From IMG/VR virus record IMGVR_UViG_3300021141_000001: a stretch of 64,000 nucleotides of DNA. One strand, given 5' to 3'. The notes under the pieces were generated by a model, which was not told the DNA's origin, ran no database searches, and saw only the letters and a program-made list of their open reading frames with translations. The position numbers were made by a program, and so were the translations under genes. Of the stretch, positions 39,932 through 48,901 are shown piece after piece (the stretch's first letter is position 1; every line of letters starts with the position of its first letter). The stretch is from a virus.

Positions 39932-41080
39932 ATGTCAGTTGGATGTTCAGGCAATTTATTTGGTAACAGAAGTCAGTTTATTAAAACCAATGGTGGTGAT
40001 TTCATAGCTGTTGAAGCTTCAAATACTAGAGAAAGACTTATTCTATCGGATTTAAGAATACCTTATAAGCAAATACTTAAAAGTAGAGTTATACTTAAAA
40101 CCGGTCAAACAAATTATTTACTTAATCACCTAGGTCTTGGTGATAATGCTACATTCCTTTGTATAAAAGCTGTATATGATAGTAAAGCTGTTATAGAGGC
40201 TGATAGATATGTTAATTGGAGTTATTATGATGATTTAACTAGAATTAATTCTTTTGCTGATATGATGGTTTTAACTGGCAATTCAACTAATAGAGTACCT
40301 CAACTATATCTTACAAATCCAAGTACAAAATATCCTGTTTATTTAGATGTGATGGTTGGTATTATTGATGATAATTATTCAATATTTAATGACGTATTTA
40401 ATCAAAGTGGTACATCATTTACAGGATTAGAATACACAGATATTCATAGTCATATTATTGGTGAGTCATTAGTTATAAATGATAAGAGTTTACCAGTAGC
40501 AAAACCTTTAATTTATTTTATATTAAATAATATAAACTCAATTGAAATAAGTGGTCAAATTTTAATTATTGATGACTCTGGTAGAGGAACTATATTTTTA
40601 CAGTTTTTAACTGAAGGCGATGCTTTTCAAGCACATTCTTTAATTAATTATGTTCTTGAAAATCCAAACATTGATATTGATGCTTTAAATCCTGTATCTG
40701 ATAGTTTAGACCCTATTCTTTATTTCTATGATACTGCTGGTAATAGTGGAGATTATATAGCATTTAATGGTGCTACATATGGTGTTCCTTATGATACAAC
40801 TGATGGATTTACTTTCTCTACATCAATATCTTTAAGCTCTTTTGGTACAGCTAGTGGTTATATTGACAAATCACAACTTATTTACTTATTAGTTGATTAT
40901 ATTGAAGATAATAGAGATGGATATATGTATATGATGCCTTCTAACCTAATAATATCTGCTACATCTGGAACAGTTGATAAAATACTTACAACAGGTACTT
41001 ATTCATTAACATTTGACTTCTCTGATATAGCTCATAACTACTTAGATGGTGTTATAGTAAATTTAGACATAACAGCTTAA
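39932..41080 (+). CDS. Putative virion structural protein
   Basis: TAATATATA at 39900-39908; beta-rich, in a structural cluster. Confidence 0.55.
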   Translation: MSVGCSGNLFGNRSQFIKTNGGDFIAVEASNTRERLILSDLRIPYKQILKSRVILKTGQTNYLLNHLGLGDNATFLCIKAVYDSKAVIEADRYVNWSYYDDLTRINSFADMMVLTGNSTNRVPQLYLTNPSTKYPVYLDVMVGIIDDNYSIFNDVFNQSGTSFTGLEYTDIHSHIIGESLVINDKSLPVAKPLIYFILNNINSIEISGQILIIDDSGRGTIFLQFLTEGDAFQAHSLINYVLENPNIDIDALNPVSDSLDPILYFYDTAGNSGDYIAFNGATYGVPYDTTDGFTFSTSISLSSFGTASGYIDKSQLIYLLVDYIEDNRDGYMYMMPSNLIISATSGTVDKILTTGTYSLTFDFSDIAHNYLDGVIVNLDITA

Positions 41081-41096
41081 AAAATTAAAATTAAAA

Positions 41097-43142
41097 ATGA
41101 GTTTCAGTTACAATAAATTTTTAAGACCTTTAACAACAACAGATACAAATGTTAAAATTTTAGATGACAATGGTGTTATCAAATTTACTATTAATCCATT
41201 TTCAGTTGTTAATGTTATGGTGTCAAATAATCTTTTGAAAATTAATTCAAAAGGTGGTAAAGTTATCACTATATCTTTTTCAACTATAAATGAGGCTAAA
41301 TTGGCTTTAGAAAAAATACAAATTCAATTTGATATTCTTAAAGAAAAAGTTCCTGGTTTAATTGATAAACAAATTGAAAATTATGTAAATTATATATTAG
41401 GTCCAAATGGTACTTCTGGATCAAGTGGTACATCCGGGACATCCGGATCAAGTGGGACATCCGGATCAAGTGGGACATCCGGATCAAGTGGGACATCAGG
41501 ATCAAGTGGGACATCAGGATCAAGTGGATCATCAGGATCTAGTGGATCATCAGGATCTAGTGGATCATCAGGATCTAGTGGATCATCAGGATCTAGTGGA
41601 TCATCAGGATCTAGTGGATCATCAGGATCAAGTGGGACATCAGGATCAAGTGGAACAAGTGGATCATCAGGATCAAGTGGAATAAATGGAGTTTCTGGTG
41701 GTGCTATTTATTATTTAAATACAAGTCAGTCACAGTCACCTTATTATGAGTTGGGGAATTTTGGCACTAATTTACCTCAAATATCTACATCATCTGTTGT
41801 CGCTGTTAACTCTACAGTAACGATGGCATCTTATTTAATGCCTTCAGGTTATCCTAATACTACTACAATTCCTGCTGGTATTTGGTCAACATATTTACAT
41901 ATGTATAGATTGAATTCAAATCCTAATACTCTTGAGGCTTTTGCTGATTTTTATTCGAGAGATACATCAGGAAATGAAACTTTCTTATTTGGAACTGATC
42001 CTGTATCTATTTCAAATATCACAACACCAATAATGATTAATACAGATACTTATCAACCAGGTACTTACTCTCTTAGTACAACTGATAGAATATTAATGAA
42101 AGTAAAAGTTAGAAATCTTAGTTTTTCGCTACCAAATACTGCTTATTTATTATCTGAGGGAACAGAACATTATTCATTTGTTCAAACTACATTAGGTATT
42201 TTAAGCTCATCGTCTGGTACAAGTGGTGTTTCTGGTTCAAGTGGATCAACAGGATCATCTGGTACATCCGGATCAAGTGGTTCTTCCGGTGTTAATGGTA
42301 TATCATCAAATGGTCCTCAAAATTATATTCAAGTTTTAGGTAGTCAAATTGGTAGTATTTCTACTATTGGTTCTACTATTATTAGTGGAACTATATCTAC
42401 TACTGGCGGGCCGGTTAAGATAATGGCTACTGGAGATGCAAACCCACAATCTGTGACGGGTTGGGTGAGACTTCAAATTTATAGAGATAATACTCCAATA
42501 GGAAATATAATTCAAGCAGAAACTTCGGGAAATAATGTTAATGTTCCATATTGTTTAGATTATATAGATAATCCATCTACAGGAACATATGTTTACAGTA
42601 TGAGAACTGTTAGTGGTATATCAGGAACCTTCCAATTTGGAGAGGTTAATGGACCAACTTTAACAATTGTTGAATTAACTGGGTCGGGTACTTCCGGTAC
42701 ATCAGGTATAGCTCCTACAAGTTTATCTTTATCAGAAACACTTACTGTTTCTGGCACATCTTCATTTAGTGGATTAACAGTTTTACAAGAAGTGACTGAA
42801 GTTATTAACTCAACACCGGGTGCTACGGCATCAACTGTTGTTTATGATTTTACAACGGGTTCTAATTGGTATCATTCATCTATTAATACTAATTATACTG
42901 CTAATTTCACAAATATTCCAACAACAAATAATAGAGCTATAACAGCTACAATTGTTATGAGTCAAAGTTCAACGGCTTATATGCCAACTGCTGTTCAAAT
43001 AAATGGATCTGGTCAACAAATTAGATGGGCTGGTGGTACTGCTTCTGGAACACCAAATCAAGTTGATATAGTTGGATTTACATTTATTAGAAGTGGTAAT
43101 GTCTGGGCTCAAGTCTTAGGACAAATAAACACTTTTGATTAA
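41097..43142 (+). CDS. Putative tail fibre with G-S-S/G-T-S triplet (collagen-like) segments
   Basis: Long (GSS/GTS)n run, second shorter run, beta-rich C-terminal domains. Confidence 0.7.
   Translation: MSFSYNKFLRPLTTTDTNVKILDDNGVIKFTINPFSVVNVMVSNNLLKINSKGGKVITISFSTINEAKLALEKIQIQFDILKEKVPGLIDKQIENYVNYILGPNGTSGSSGTSGTSGSSGTSGSSGTSGSSGTSGSSGTSGSSGSSGSSGSSGSSGSSGSSGSSGSSGSSGSSGSSGSSGTSGSSGTSGSSGSSGINGVSGGAIYYLNTSQSQSPYYELGNFGTNLPQISTSSVVAVNSTVTMASYLMPSGYPNTTTIPAGIWSTYLHMYRLNSNPNTLEAFADFYSRDTSGNETFLFGTDPVSISNITTPIMINTDTYQPGTYSLSTTDRILMKVKVRNLSFSLPNTAYLLSEGTEHYSFVQTTLGILSSSSGTSGVSGSSGSTGSSGTSGSSGSSGVNGISSNGPQNYIQVLGSQIGSISTIGSTIISGTISTTGGPVKIMATGDANPQSVTGWVRLQIYRDNTPIGNIIQAETSGNNVNVPYCLDYIDNPSTGTYVYSMRTVSGISGTFQFGEVNGPTLTIVELTGSGTSGTSGIAPTSLSLSETLTVSGTSSFSGLTVLQEVTEVINSTPGATASTVVYDFTTGSNWYHSSINTNYTANFTNIPTTNNRAITATIVMSQSSTAYMPTAVQINGSGQQIRWAGGTASGTPNQVDIVGFTFIRSGNVWAQVLGQINTFD
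41409..41681 (+). repeat. Coding tandem repeat, 9/18-nt period (GGATCAAGTGGGACATCC / GGATCTAGTGGATCATCA)
   Basis: About 30 consecutive G-x-S triplets with blocks of identical 18-nt units. Confidence 0.95.
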
Positions 43143-43143
43143 T

Positions 43144-45222
43144 ATGCTAAGTAGATTATCATCATTCTCAGGGCCTTTATCACCATTATTTAGAATACCA
43201 GTTGGTGGATTTACAGCAGATGGTTTAATTTTAAGATATGAAATATCTGATAGAGATTCATATTCAGGCACATCTTCAGTTATTGACTTAGTATCTAATA
43301 GTAATTCTACATTATATAATGGACCAACATATTCTATAAATGGTTACATAAATTTTGATGGTATTAATGACTATCTATCAACAAATACATCACTTAATTC
43401 TAAATTATCACCAGTTAATACATCAACTATTATTTCACATTTTACTTGGGCGTATCCAACAGATAATGGTGTTATTGTTTCTGAGATTGGTCAGACTACA
43501 CCAAATATATTGTGGCATGACTCACAGATTGAAATAGTTAGTGGAAATTTAAAATTTGGTTTATGGACTGGAATTGGTGGTGTATCAAGTTTAAATTCTT
43601 CAATTTCAACACCTTTTTATAATTGGTACTATGTTGGTCTTACTTATGATGGTACTACAATGAGAGGTTATGTTAATGGTCAATTAGCAGGTACTAAAAA
43701 TCTTATAAGAGATACTCCTTATAATCTAGGTAGCACCGGATTACACTATGCTATAGGAGCGTCTGATTCAACAAGTTTAGGTGATGGTAGTCCAGCTAAA
43801 ATGAAGTTAGGTGCTTTTCATGTTTATAATACAGCTCTTAGTCAACAACAAATATTAAATAATTATGATTTTACTAAATCTGATTATATTTATACGGGTA
43901 GTATGTCTATTTGGATTGATGCTAATGATCCAGCAAGTTTCTCAGGTGGTTCAGTTAATGATTTAAGTGGTAATAATTATACACATACTTTAACAGCAGG
44001 TGCTACTTCATCTACTATATTTGGTTTTAAATCTTTTGATTGTTCGACTGGTAATGAAAGAGTTGAAGTTAATGGTACAGGTCCTACATTACCAACAACT
44101 GGATATACATATGTTTCTTGGGCAAGACTTATCAGTGCTACCTCATCATATAGAACTTTACTTTATACAAATATATCAGGTGATAAATATACACCAATTA
44201 CTATTCCCAATGGAACAAATACATTAGGATGGTGGGATAGAAATCCTCCTGCTCAGTTCAGAACTTCTGGCTATGGTCTAACATCTTCTGTTGATGTTTG
44301 GGTTCAATATGCTGTTGTTGGAGATAATTCATCACATACATACTATATAAATGATGCTCAAGTAGGAAACTCAGTTCCTTACGGTATTAGTGGAACAACT
44401 ACACATTGGGGATTGGGTAATAATGCTCTAGCTGGTCAACCTTTTGGTTATGTTGGGAATATGATGTTCTATAATAAAAAATTAACACTAGCTGAAATTA
44501 AACAAAACTATGATGCTCTAAAACATGTATATGCTAATGGAAATTTTGTAATTGATAATATAAAAACATCTTTACTGCCTTATAATGCTAATAATAATAC
44601 TACTTGGTCTACATCAACCGGTACTTTTAGTGCTACAATGACAGGTTCACCATCATACAATTCTCTTGGATATACATTTAACGGTACTAGTCAATATGGT
44701 AGAATTCCTAGTTCTGCTGGTATTACAGATTTTACAAACGCTGATACTTATACAATAGAAGTTTGGTTCAATCCATCTTCAAGTCAGCCAACTCCAGTAA
44801 CAACTGTTTTAGAAAAATGGAATCTGGGTAATATATCAAGATATCCTTATACATTAAGATTTAATGAGGGTATAAGTAATGCTTATTTTGCTTGTTATGA
44901 TGGAACTAATTTCCCTTCAGCTAGCTTAACAGGAATTTCAGTAGGTAACTGGTGTCAAGTGGTTGGCGTTTTTAATTTTACAACAGATGTTTTAAGTGTT
45001 TATAAGAATGGTGTAATTAGTGGTAGCGCAAGTTTAGTTGGAGTCGGACAAGTAAGTAACACAAGTCCTGTGGGAATTGCTCATAGAATTAGTGTTGATG
45101 GACTATCCGCTGAATTTATGTTCAAGGGTTCAATAGGTATAATAAGAATGTATAGTTCTGCTTTAAGTGCTTCTGATGTTTCTAAAAACTTTGAAGCTAA
45201 CAGAGGTATTTATGAAATTTAA
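43144..45222 (+). CDS. Triple LamG/concanavalin-like domain protein (putative receptor-binding)
   Basis: Three units with FDG.NDY / W..V..TYDG...YVNG / YN.AL...I..NY patterns. Confidence 0.8.
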   Translation: MLSRLSSFSGPLSPLFRIPVGGFTADGLILRYEISDRDSYSGTSSVIDLVSNSNSTLYNGPTYSINGYINFDGINDYLSTNTSLNSKLSPVNTSTIISHFTWAYPTDNGVIVSEIGQTTPNILWHDSQIEIVSGNLKFGLWTGIGGVSSLNSSISTPFYNWYYVGLTYDGTTMRGYVNGQLAGTKNLIRDTPYNLGSTGLHYAIGASDSTSLGDGSPAKMKLGAFHVYNTALSQQQILNNYDFTKSDYIYTGSMSIWIDANDPASFSGGSVNDLSGNNYTHTLTAGATSSTIFGFKSFDCSTGNERVEVNGTGPTLPTTGYTYVSWARLISATSSYRTLLYTNISGDKYTPITIPNGTNTLGWWDRNPPAQFRTSGYGLTSSVDVWVQYAVVGDNSSHTYYINDAQVGNSVPYGISGTTTHWGLGNNALAGQPFGYVGNMMFYNKKLTLAEIKQNYDALKHVYANGNFVIDNIKTSLLPYNANNNTTWSTSTGTFSATMTGSPSYNSLGYTFNGTSQYGRIPSSAGITDFTNADTYTIEVWFNPSSSQPTPVTTVLEKWNLGNISRYPYTLRFNEGISNAYFACYDGTNFPSASLTGISVGNWCQVVGVFNFTTDVLSVYKNGVISGSASLVGVGQVSNTSPVGIAHRISVDGLSAEFMFKGSIGIIRMYSSALSASDVSKNFEANRGIYEI

Positions 45223-45240
45223 TAATTTAATATATAACAT

Positions 45241-46200
45241 ATGATTAAAAGATATTTAGAGTTTATAAAAGAAAGTCAAATTAATGGATTCAATTCACTA
45301 GGTGAGTGGGTTGAATCTTTAATATCTGATGATTATGTTAGAAACATAGTAGCTCGTTATACAAAAGATTCTGATGCTTCTATTGATTTATCAAATGCTA
45401 TTAATATCTTAGATGATAATACTAAAGATGAAATTAAATATCAAATTGATAATTATTTACAAAATGGTATTGAAGAAAAAGAACCTGAGTTCTTAGTTTC
45501 AACTGATTTAGAAGAATTAACTGAATCTGAGATTACAGTTGCTGGTAAAGGTATATTTATTTCTTTCTTAAAATCTTTAACCAGTTTAGGTCAAAAAGAA
45601 GTGGGTCCAAATTGGTCTAAATCTTCAGATGACTTTTTATTATACTATTACTATCCTAATTTACAATCAGAACATGTAAAACAAGTATTTTCAAGATTCA
45701 AATCTTTAAGTAGATACTTAGACCATGTTGATTATCAAAAAAATGAAGTTGATTTATACTTTGGTATCAAATGTGATGGTAATTTTGAATATGGTTTACA
45801 TTATGATGTACCAACACCAATTGGTCAATTTAAGTTGAATCAATCTGTTATTAAATGGATTTGTCAAATTGAATCTAAGTCTGCTCATTCATTAAAGAAA
45901 GAATTAGTTAATTTAACTTTAGCAGATGTAATTACATTAGGTAAAATTAAATTAGATATGAAAGAATTCAATCCGGGATATCACGAATCAAAAGATGTTG
46001 TGAAAATTCAAGATAAGATTATTTCATTTGGATATAAAGGTTTAGGTAAATGGGACAACGGTAAATTTGATGAAGGTGAGTTTATGAATATTAAAAATAA
46101 CTTCACTACTTGGGTAATGACTAAGAGATGGGGTGGTAAAGTTTTAATAAGTGTTAAACCAACATCATATTATGTTTACATACATATAAAATTAAAGTAA
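45241..46200 (+). CDS. Putative internal head protein
   Basis: N-terminus MIKRYLEFIKES; TAATATATA 45228-45236. Confidence 0.6.
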   Translation: MIKRYLEFIKESQINGFNSLGEWVESLISDDYVRNIVARYTKDSDASIDLSNAINILDDNTKDEIKYQIDNYLQNGIEEKEPEFLVSTDLEELTESEITVAGKGIFISFLKSLTSLGQKEVGPNWSKSSDDFLLYYYYPNLQSEHVKQVFSRFKSLSRYLDHVDYQKNEVDLYFGIKCDGNFEYGLHYDVPTPIGQFKLNQSVIKWICQIESKSAHSLKKELVNLTLADVITLGKIKLDMKEFNPGYHESKDVVKIQDKIISFGYKGLGKWDNGKFDEGEFMNIKNNFTTWVMTKRWGGKVLISVKPTSYYVYIHIKLK

Positions 46201-46202
46201 TC

Positions 46203-46946
46203 ATGAAAATTAAAAACTATAAACTATTTTTAGAGTCAAATAATTTTGACTTTGATTTTTTAGCAAACATTGGTAAAATGAAACAAGCTATTATTAAAAT
46301 AGTTCAACTTCATGAGAAAAAGTGTTATGGTGATATTAAACTATCATCTTATGAAAGATTTAAAGCTTCATTAAATGATTTAATTGATAGTGCTGTTAAA
46401 GGTGAATATACAATTACTGAAGATTACTTATCTGTAATTAATTTATTTGAAAAAGAAGTTTATGGAAAAGATTTACTTTCTTCTTATGAAGAATCTATTT
46501 TTAGTCATTTAGATGATTTGATATCTTGTTTTAATAGTTTATTAGATAATGAGGAAAAAGACGAAGAAGATATTATGAGATTAGGAAAAGATGCTGACCA
46601 TATCTTAAATAAGATGGATGAGACTTGGATTTATACTTCTGATGAATCTAATGTTAGTATTTCTGATATTGATATAAGTGATATTGATGATGCTATTGCT
46701 GGTTTAGACGATAGATTGTCAAAAGAAACAGATGACATGTGGACTTCTGAAGAAGAATTTGAAAAGGATATTGAATCATATATTGGAAAGAAAATGGATG
46801 ATTTTGATTACTCGGATAAACTACAAGCTTATCAATATATTGAGAACAAAGAATGGGTGAAAAATATACTTGAAGGTGGTTCAGAAAAAGATAAAGACTT
46901 TGTTACTAACTTTCTTTCTCAAATGAAAGATATGTTTGGCATATAA
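46203..46946 (+). CDS. Acidic putative internal head protein
   Basis: N-terminus MKIKNYKLFLES. Confidence 0.6.
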   Translation: MKIKNYKLFLESNNFDFDFLANIGKMKQAIIKIVQLHEKKCYGDIKLSSYERFKASLNDLIDSAVKGEYTITEDYLSVINLFEKEVYGKDLLSSYEESIFSHLDDLISCFNSLLDNEEKDEEDIMRLGKDADHILNKMDETWIYTSDESNVSISDIDISDIDDAIAGLDDRLSKETDDMWTSEEEFEKDIESYIGKKMDDFDYSDKLQAYQYIENKEWVKNILEGGSEKDKDFVTNFLSQMKDMFGI

Positions 46947-46961
46947 ATTAATATATACATT

Positions 46962-47273
46962 ATGAAATACTTAAAGAAATATAACGAAAATCAAGAACAA
47001 CAAGATCCTGAGTTTGCTATTGCTAAAATTAAGGGAAGATATCCTGAGGATATGGTTCAAGATATGTTAAATGATGAGATTAATCAGTGGAAGCCAGATG
47101 AAGAAGATCCAGAATTCTATTCAAGAACTGGAAACGGAGAAGCAGAAGATGTTATCATCAATCAAATGATTGGTTGGTTTGATAAAAAGTATTATGCTTT
47201 ATCTGATGAAAACTTTGAGAAAGTTAAACAATTAATACTAAAAGAGTATGAGTTCTTAAACTTTAACTACTAA
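46962..47273 (+). CDS. Small acidic putative internal head protein
   Basis: N-terminus MKYLKKYNE; TAATATATA 46949-46957. Confidence 0.6.
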   Translation: MKYLKKYNENQEQQDPEFAIAKIKGRYPEDMVQDMLNDEINQWKPDEEDPEFYSRTGNGEAEDVIINQMIGWFDKKYYALSDENFEKVKQLILKEYEFLNFNY

Positions 47274-47318
47274 ACAAAAAATGAAAACTTTTCTATAACA
47301 AGAAAAGTTTTTTGTTTT

Positions 47319-47651
47319 ATGAAAACACCAAATTTATTTCCCGTAGCTATGAAAATTGCTGCTCAAACTATTGGACAAGATTTAGTCAGTGTTCAACCAA
47401 TGGCTGGACCAGGTGGAATGACTAAAGAAGAAAGAGAAAGAATTGAAGCCGAGATTAAACAAAAGAATCGTGATGGTAAAATCGATTCATTAATTGAAGG
47501 ATCAGAATATAAAGAAGAAAAATTAGAAGAACATCCTGATTATAAACCAGGTAGTGGTTGTCAATTATTTTATATGGATTATACTTACAATTCTCCAACT
47601 CACAAAAAAACAAGAAGAAGTAAAAAGAAAAAGAAAGATGGGAGTATTTAA
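47319..47651 (+). CDS. Small protein containing a gp23-type major capsid protein fragment interrupted by an RxxK-tag helix
   Basis: LFPVAMKIAAQTIGQDLVSVQPMAGPGG ... NRDGKIDSLI ... GCQLFYMDYTY. Confidence 0.7.
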   Translation: MKTPNLFPVAMKIAAQTIGQDLVSVQPMAGPGGMTKEERERIEAEIKQKNRDGKIDSLIEGSEYKEEKLEEHPDYKPGSGCQLFYMDYTYNSPTHKKTRRSKKKKKDGSI

Positions 47652-47823
47652 GAGTCCAGGAGTTTTTGTTAAAGAAGTAGATATATCTATTGTTAGACCA
47701 ACTTTTTCCAAAAGATATTCAAGAAGAATAAAAATAGGTAAAATATTTGATATAGATGTTCCTAATATTATTATAACTTCTACTCCAAAAGGAGGACCCT
47801 CAAACTTTCCACAAATCTGGTGA
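47638..47823 (+). CDS. 61-aa mosaic protein: tail-sheath N-terminal peptide, RxxK tag, terminase coupling-motif peptide
   Basis: ATG at 47638; MGVFKSPGVFVKEVDIS / SRRIKIGKIF / IIITSTPKGGPSNFPQIW. Confidence 0.65.
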   Translation: MGVFKSPGVFVKEVDISIVRPTFSKRYSRRIKIGKIFDIDVPNIIITSTPKGGPSNFPQIW

Positions 47824-47853
47824 TGAAAACATGTTAGAGTAATATATACTCTA

Positions 47854-48189
47854 ATGATAAATGTTTATTTGATATGTGCCGAATTTGAAGGAAGAAGATT
47901 GTATAAGATTGGTTATACAAGAAGAGATGTCTCTAAAAGAATTAAAGAGTTGAAGACTGGTAACGGTTCTGAAATGTATGTTATAGATTCTTTTAAGTCA
48001 AAATGGGGAACTAAAATTGAATCACAGTTACACAGAACATTTAAAAGTAAAAAGATAAATGGTGAGTGGTTTGATTTAACTGATGAAGAAGTAAAATCAT
48101 TTATGGAAAAATGTAAATCTTCACATGATGTGATGGAACTAATTACCACCAACAATACTTACTACTTAGAAACTGGTAAACTATATTAA
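47854..48189 (+). CDS. GIY-YIG (T5orf172/MUG113-like) nuclease-domain protein
   Basis: VYLI...YKIGYT....KRIKEL.TGN...E..LH..F......GEWF. Confidence 0.85.
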   Translation: MINVYLICAEFEGRRLYKIGYTRRDVSKRIKELKTGNGSEMYVIDSFKSKWGTKIESQLHRTFKSKKINGEWFDLTDEEVKSFMEKCKSSHDVMELITTNNTYYLETGKLY

Positions 48190-48224
48190 TAAATATAATA
48201 TAAATAAAAAATAAACTTTCGAAT

Positions 48225-48491
48225 ATGAGCTCAATGAAAGAAATAGCAATTAGAGATTATGTCTCTAAGATTGATTTTAAAAATGATGATTGGAAACTAC
48301 CAAAAATCAAAGAAGACATGCGTAAATTTTTAGGTGAAGAACCTGGAATTGAAGTTGTTTACAAAAAAGATGTAATGGTAAATGAATTTACTGGTGAGTC
48401 TAAAGAATTTGTAGATGTTGATAAAATTCAAATCATTTTTACTGATACAGATGATAGATTTAAAAAATTAGAATTCACTTTAGGTGTTTAA
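48225..48491 (+). CDS. Hypothetical protein
   Basis: 88-aa ORF with A-rich leader. Confidence 0.55.
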   Translation: MSSMKEIAIRDYVSKIDFKNDDWKLPKIKEDMRKFLGEEPGIEVVYKKDVMVNEFTGESKEFVDVDKIQIIFTDTDDRFKKLEFTLGV

Positions 48492-48493
48492 TA

Positions 48494-48853
48494 ATGGATA
48501 ATGAAATTAAAATAACAGCAGATATAGTAGACTATCTTGGTAAATACGAAGATGGTGTGATAGTTCTGTTGTCTATTGGATATAAAGAAGAGTACACAGA
48601 AGGCACTCTTTATTATTCTGATAAAATGTTAGCTTTAACAGTTGACGAATCTATAGAAAATGACTTAGGTAGTCCTATAGAACTTTGGTCTGGTTATAAA
48701 GACCTTCTTATTTCAATTCTTAAAAGAGTTGTTCCTTATACTGAGATTATCAATAGATTAGATGATGTCAATTTTACACAATATTTTGGCGATGTTAAAA
48801 TAGAATCAACAGAAGCTGAAGATATAGATGAAGATGATATAACAACTGAGTAA
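48494..48853 (+). CDS. Hypothetical acidic protein
   Basis: 119-aa ORF in operon. Confidence 0.55.
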   Translation: MDNEIKITADIVDYLGKYEDGVIVLLSIGYKEEYTEGTLYYSDKMLALTVDESIENDLGSPIELWSGYKDLLISILKRVVPYTEIINRLDDVNFTQYFGDVKIESTEAEDIDEDDITTE

Positions 48854-48901
48854 ACTAATTTTGATTATTTTGATATAAATAAAAAATAGTCAAAAGTATT
48901 A

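Noticed and set aside
41409-41681. Possible CRISPR array
   Set aside because: Contiguous 9/18-nt units without unique spacers, in frame within a CDS; no cas genes in the window.
47319-47823. A genuine major capsid / tail sheath locus broken by frameshifts
   Set aside because: Only short peptides match. The flanking DNA encodes unrelated intact genes, leaving no room for the missing hundreds of residues.
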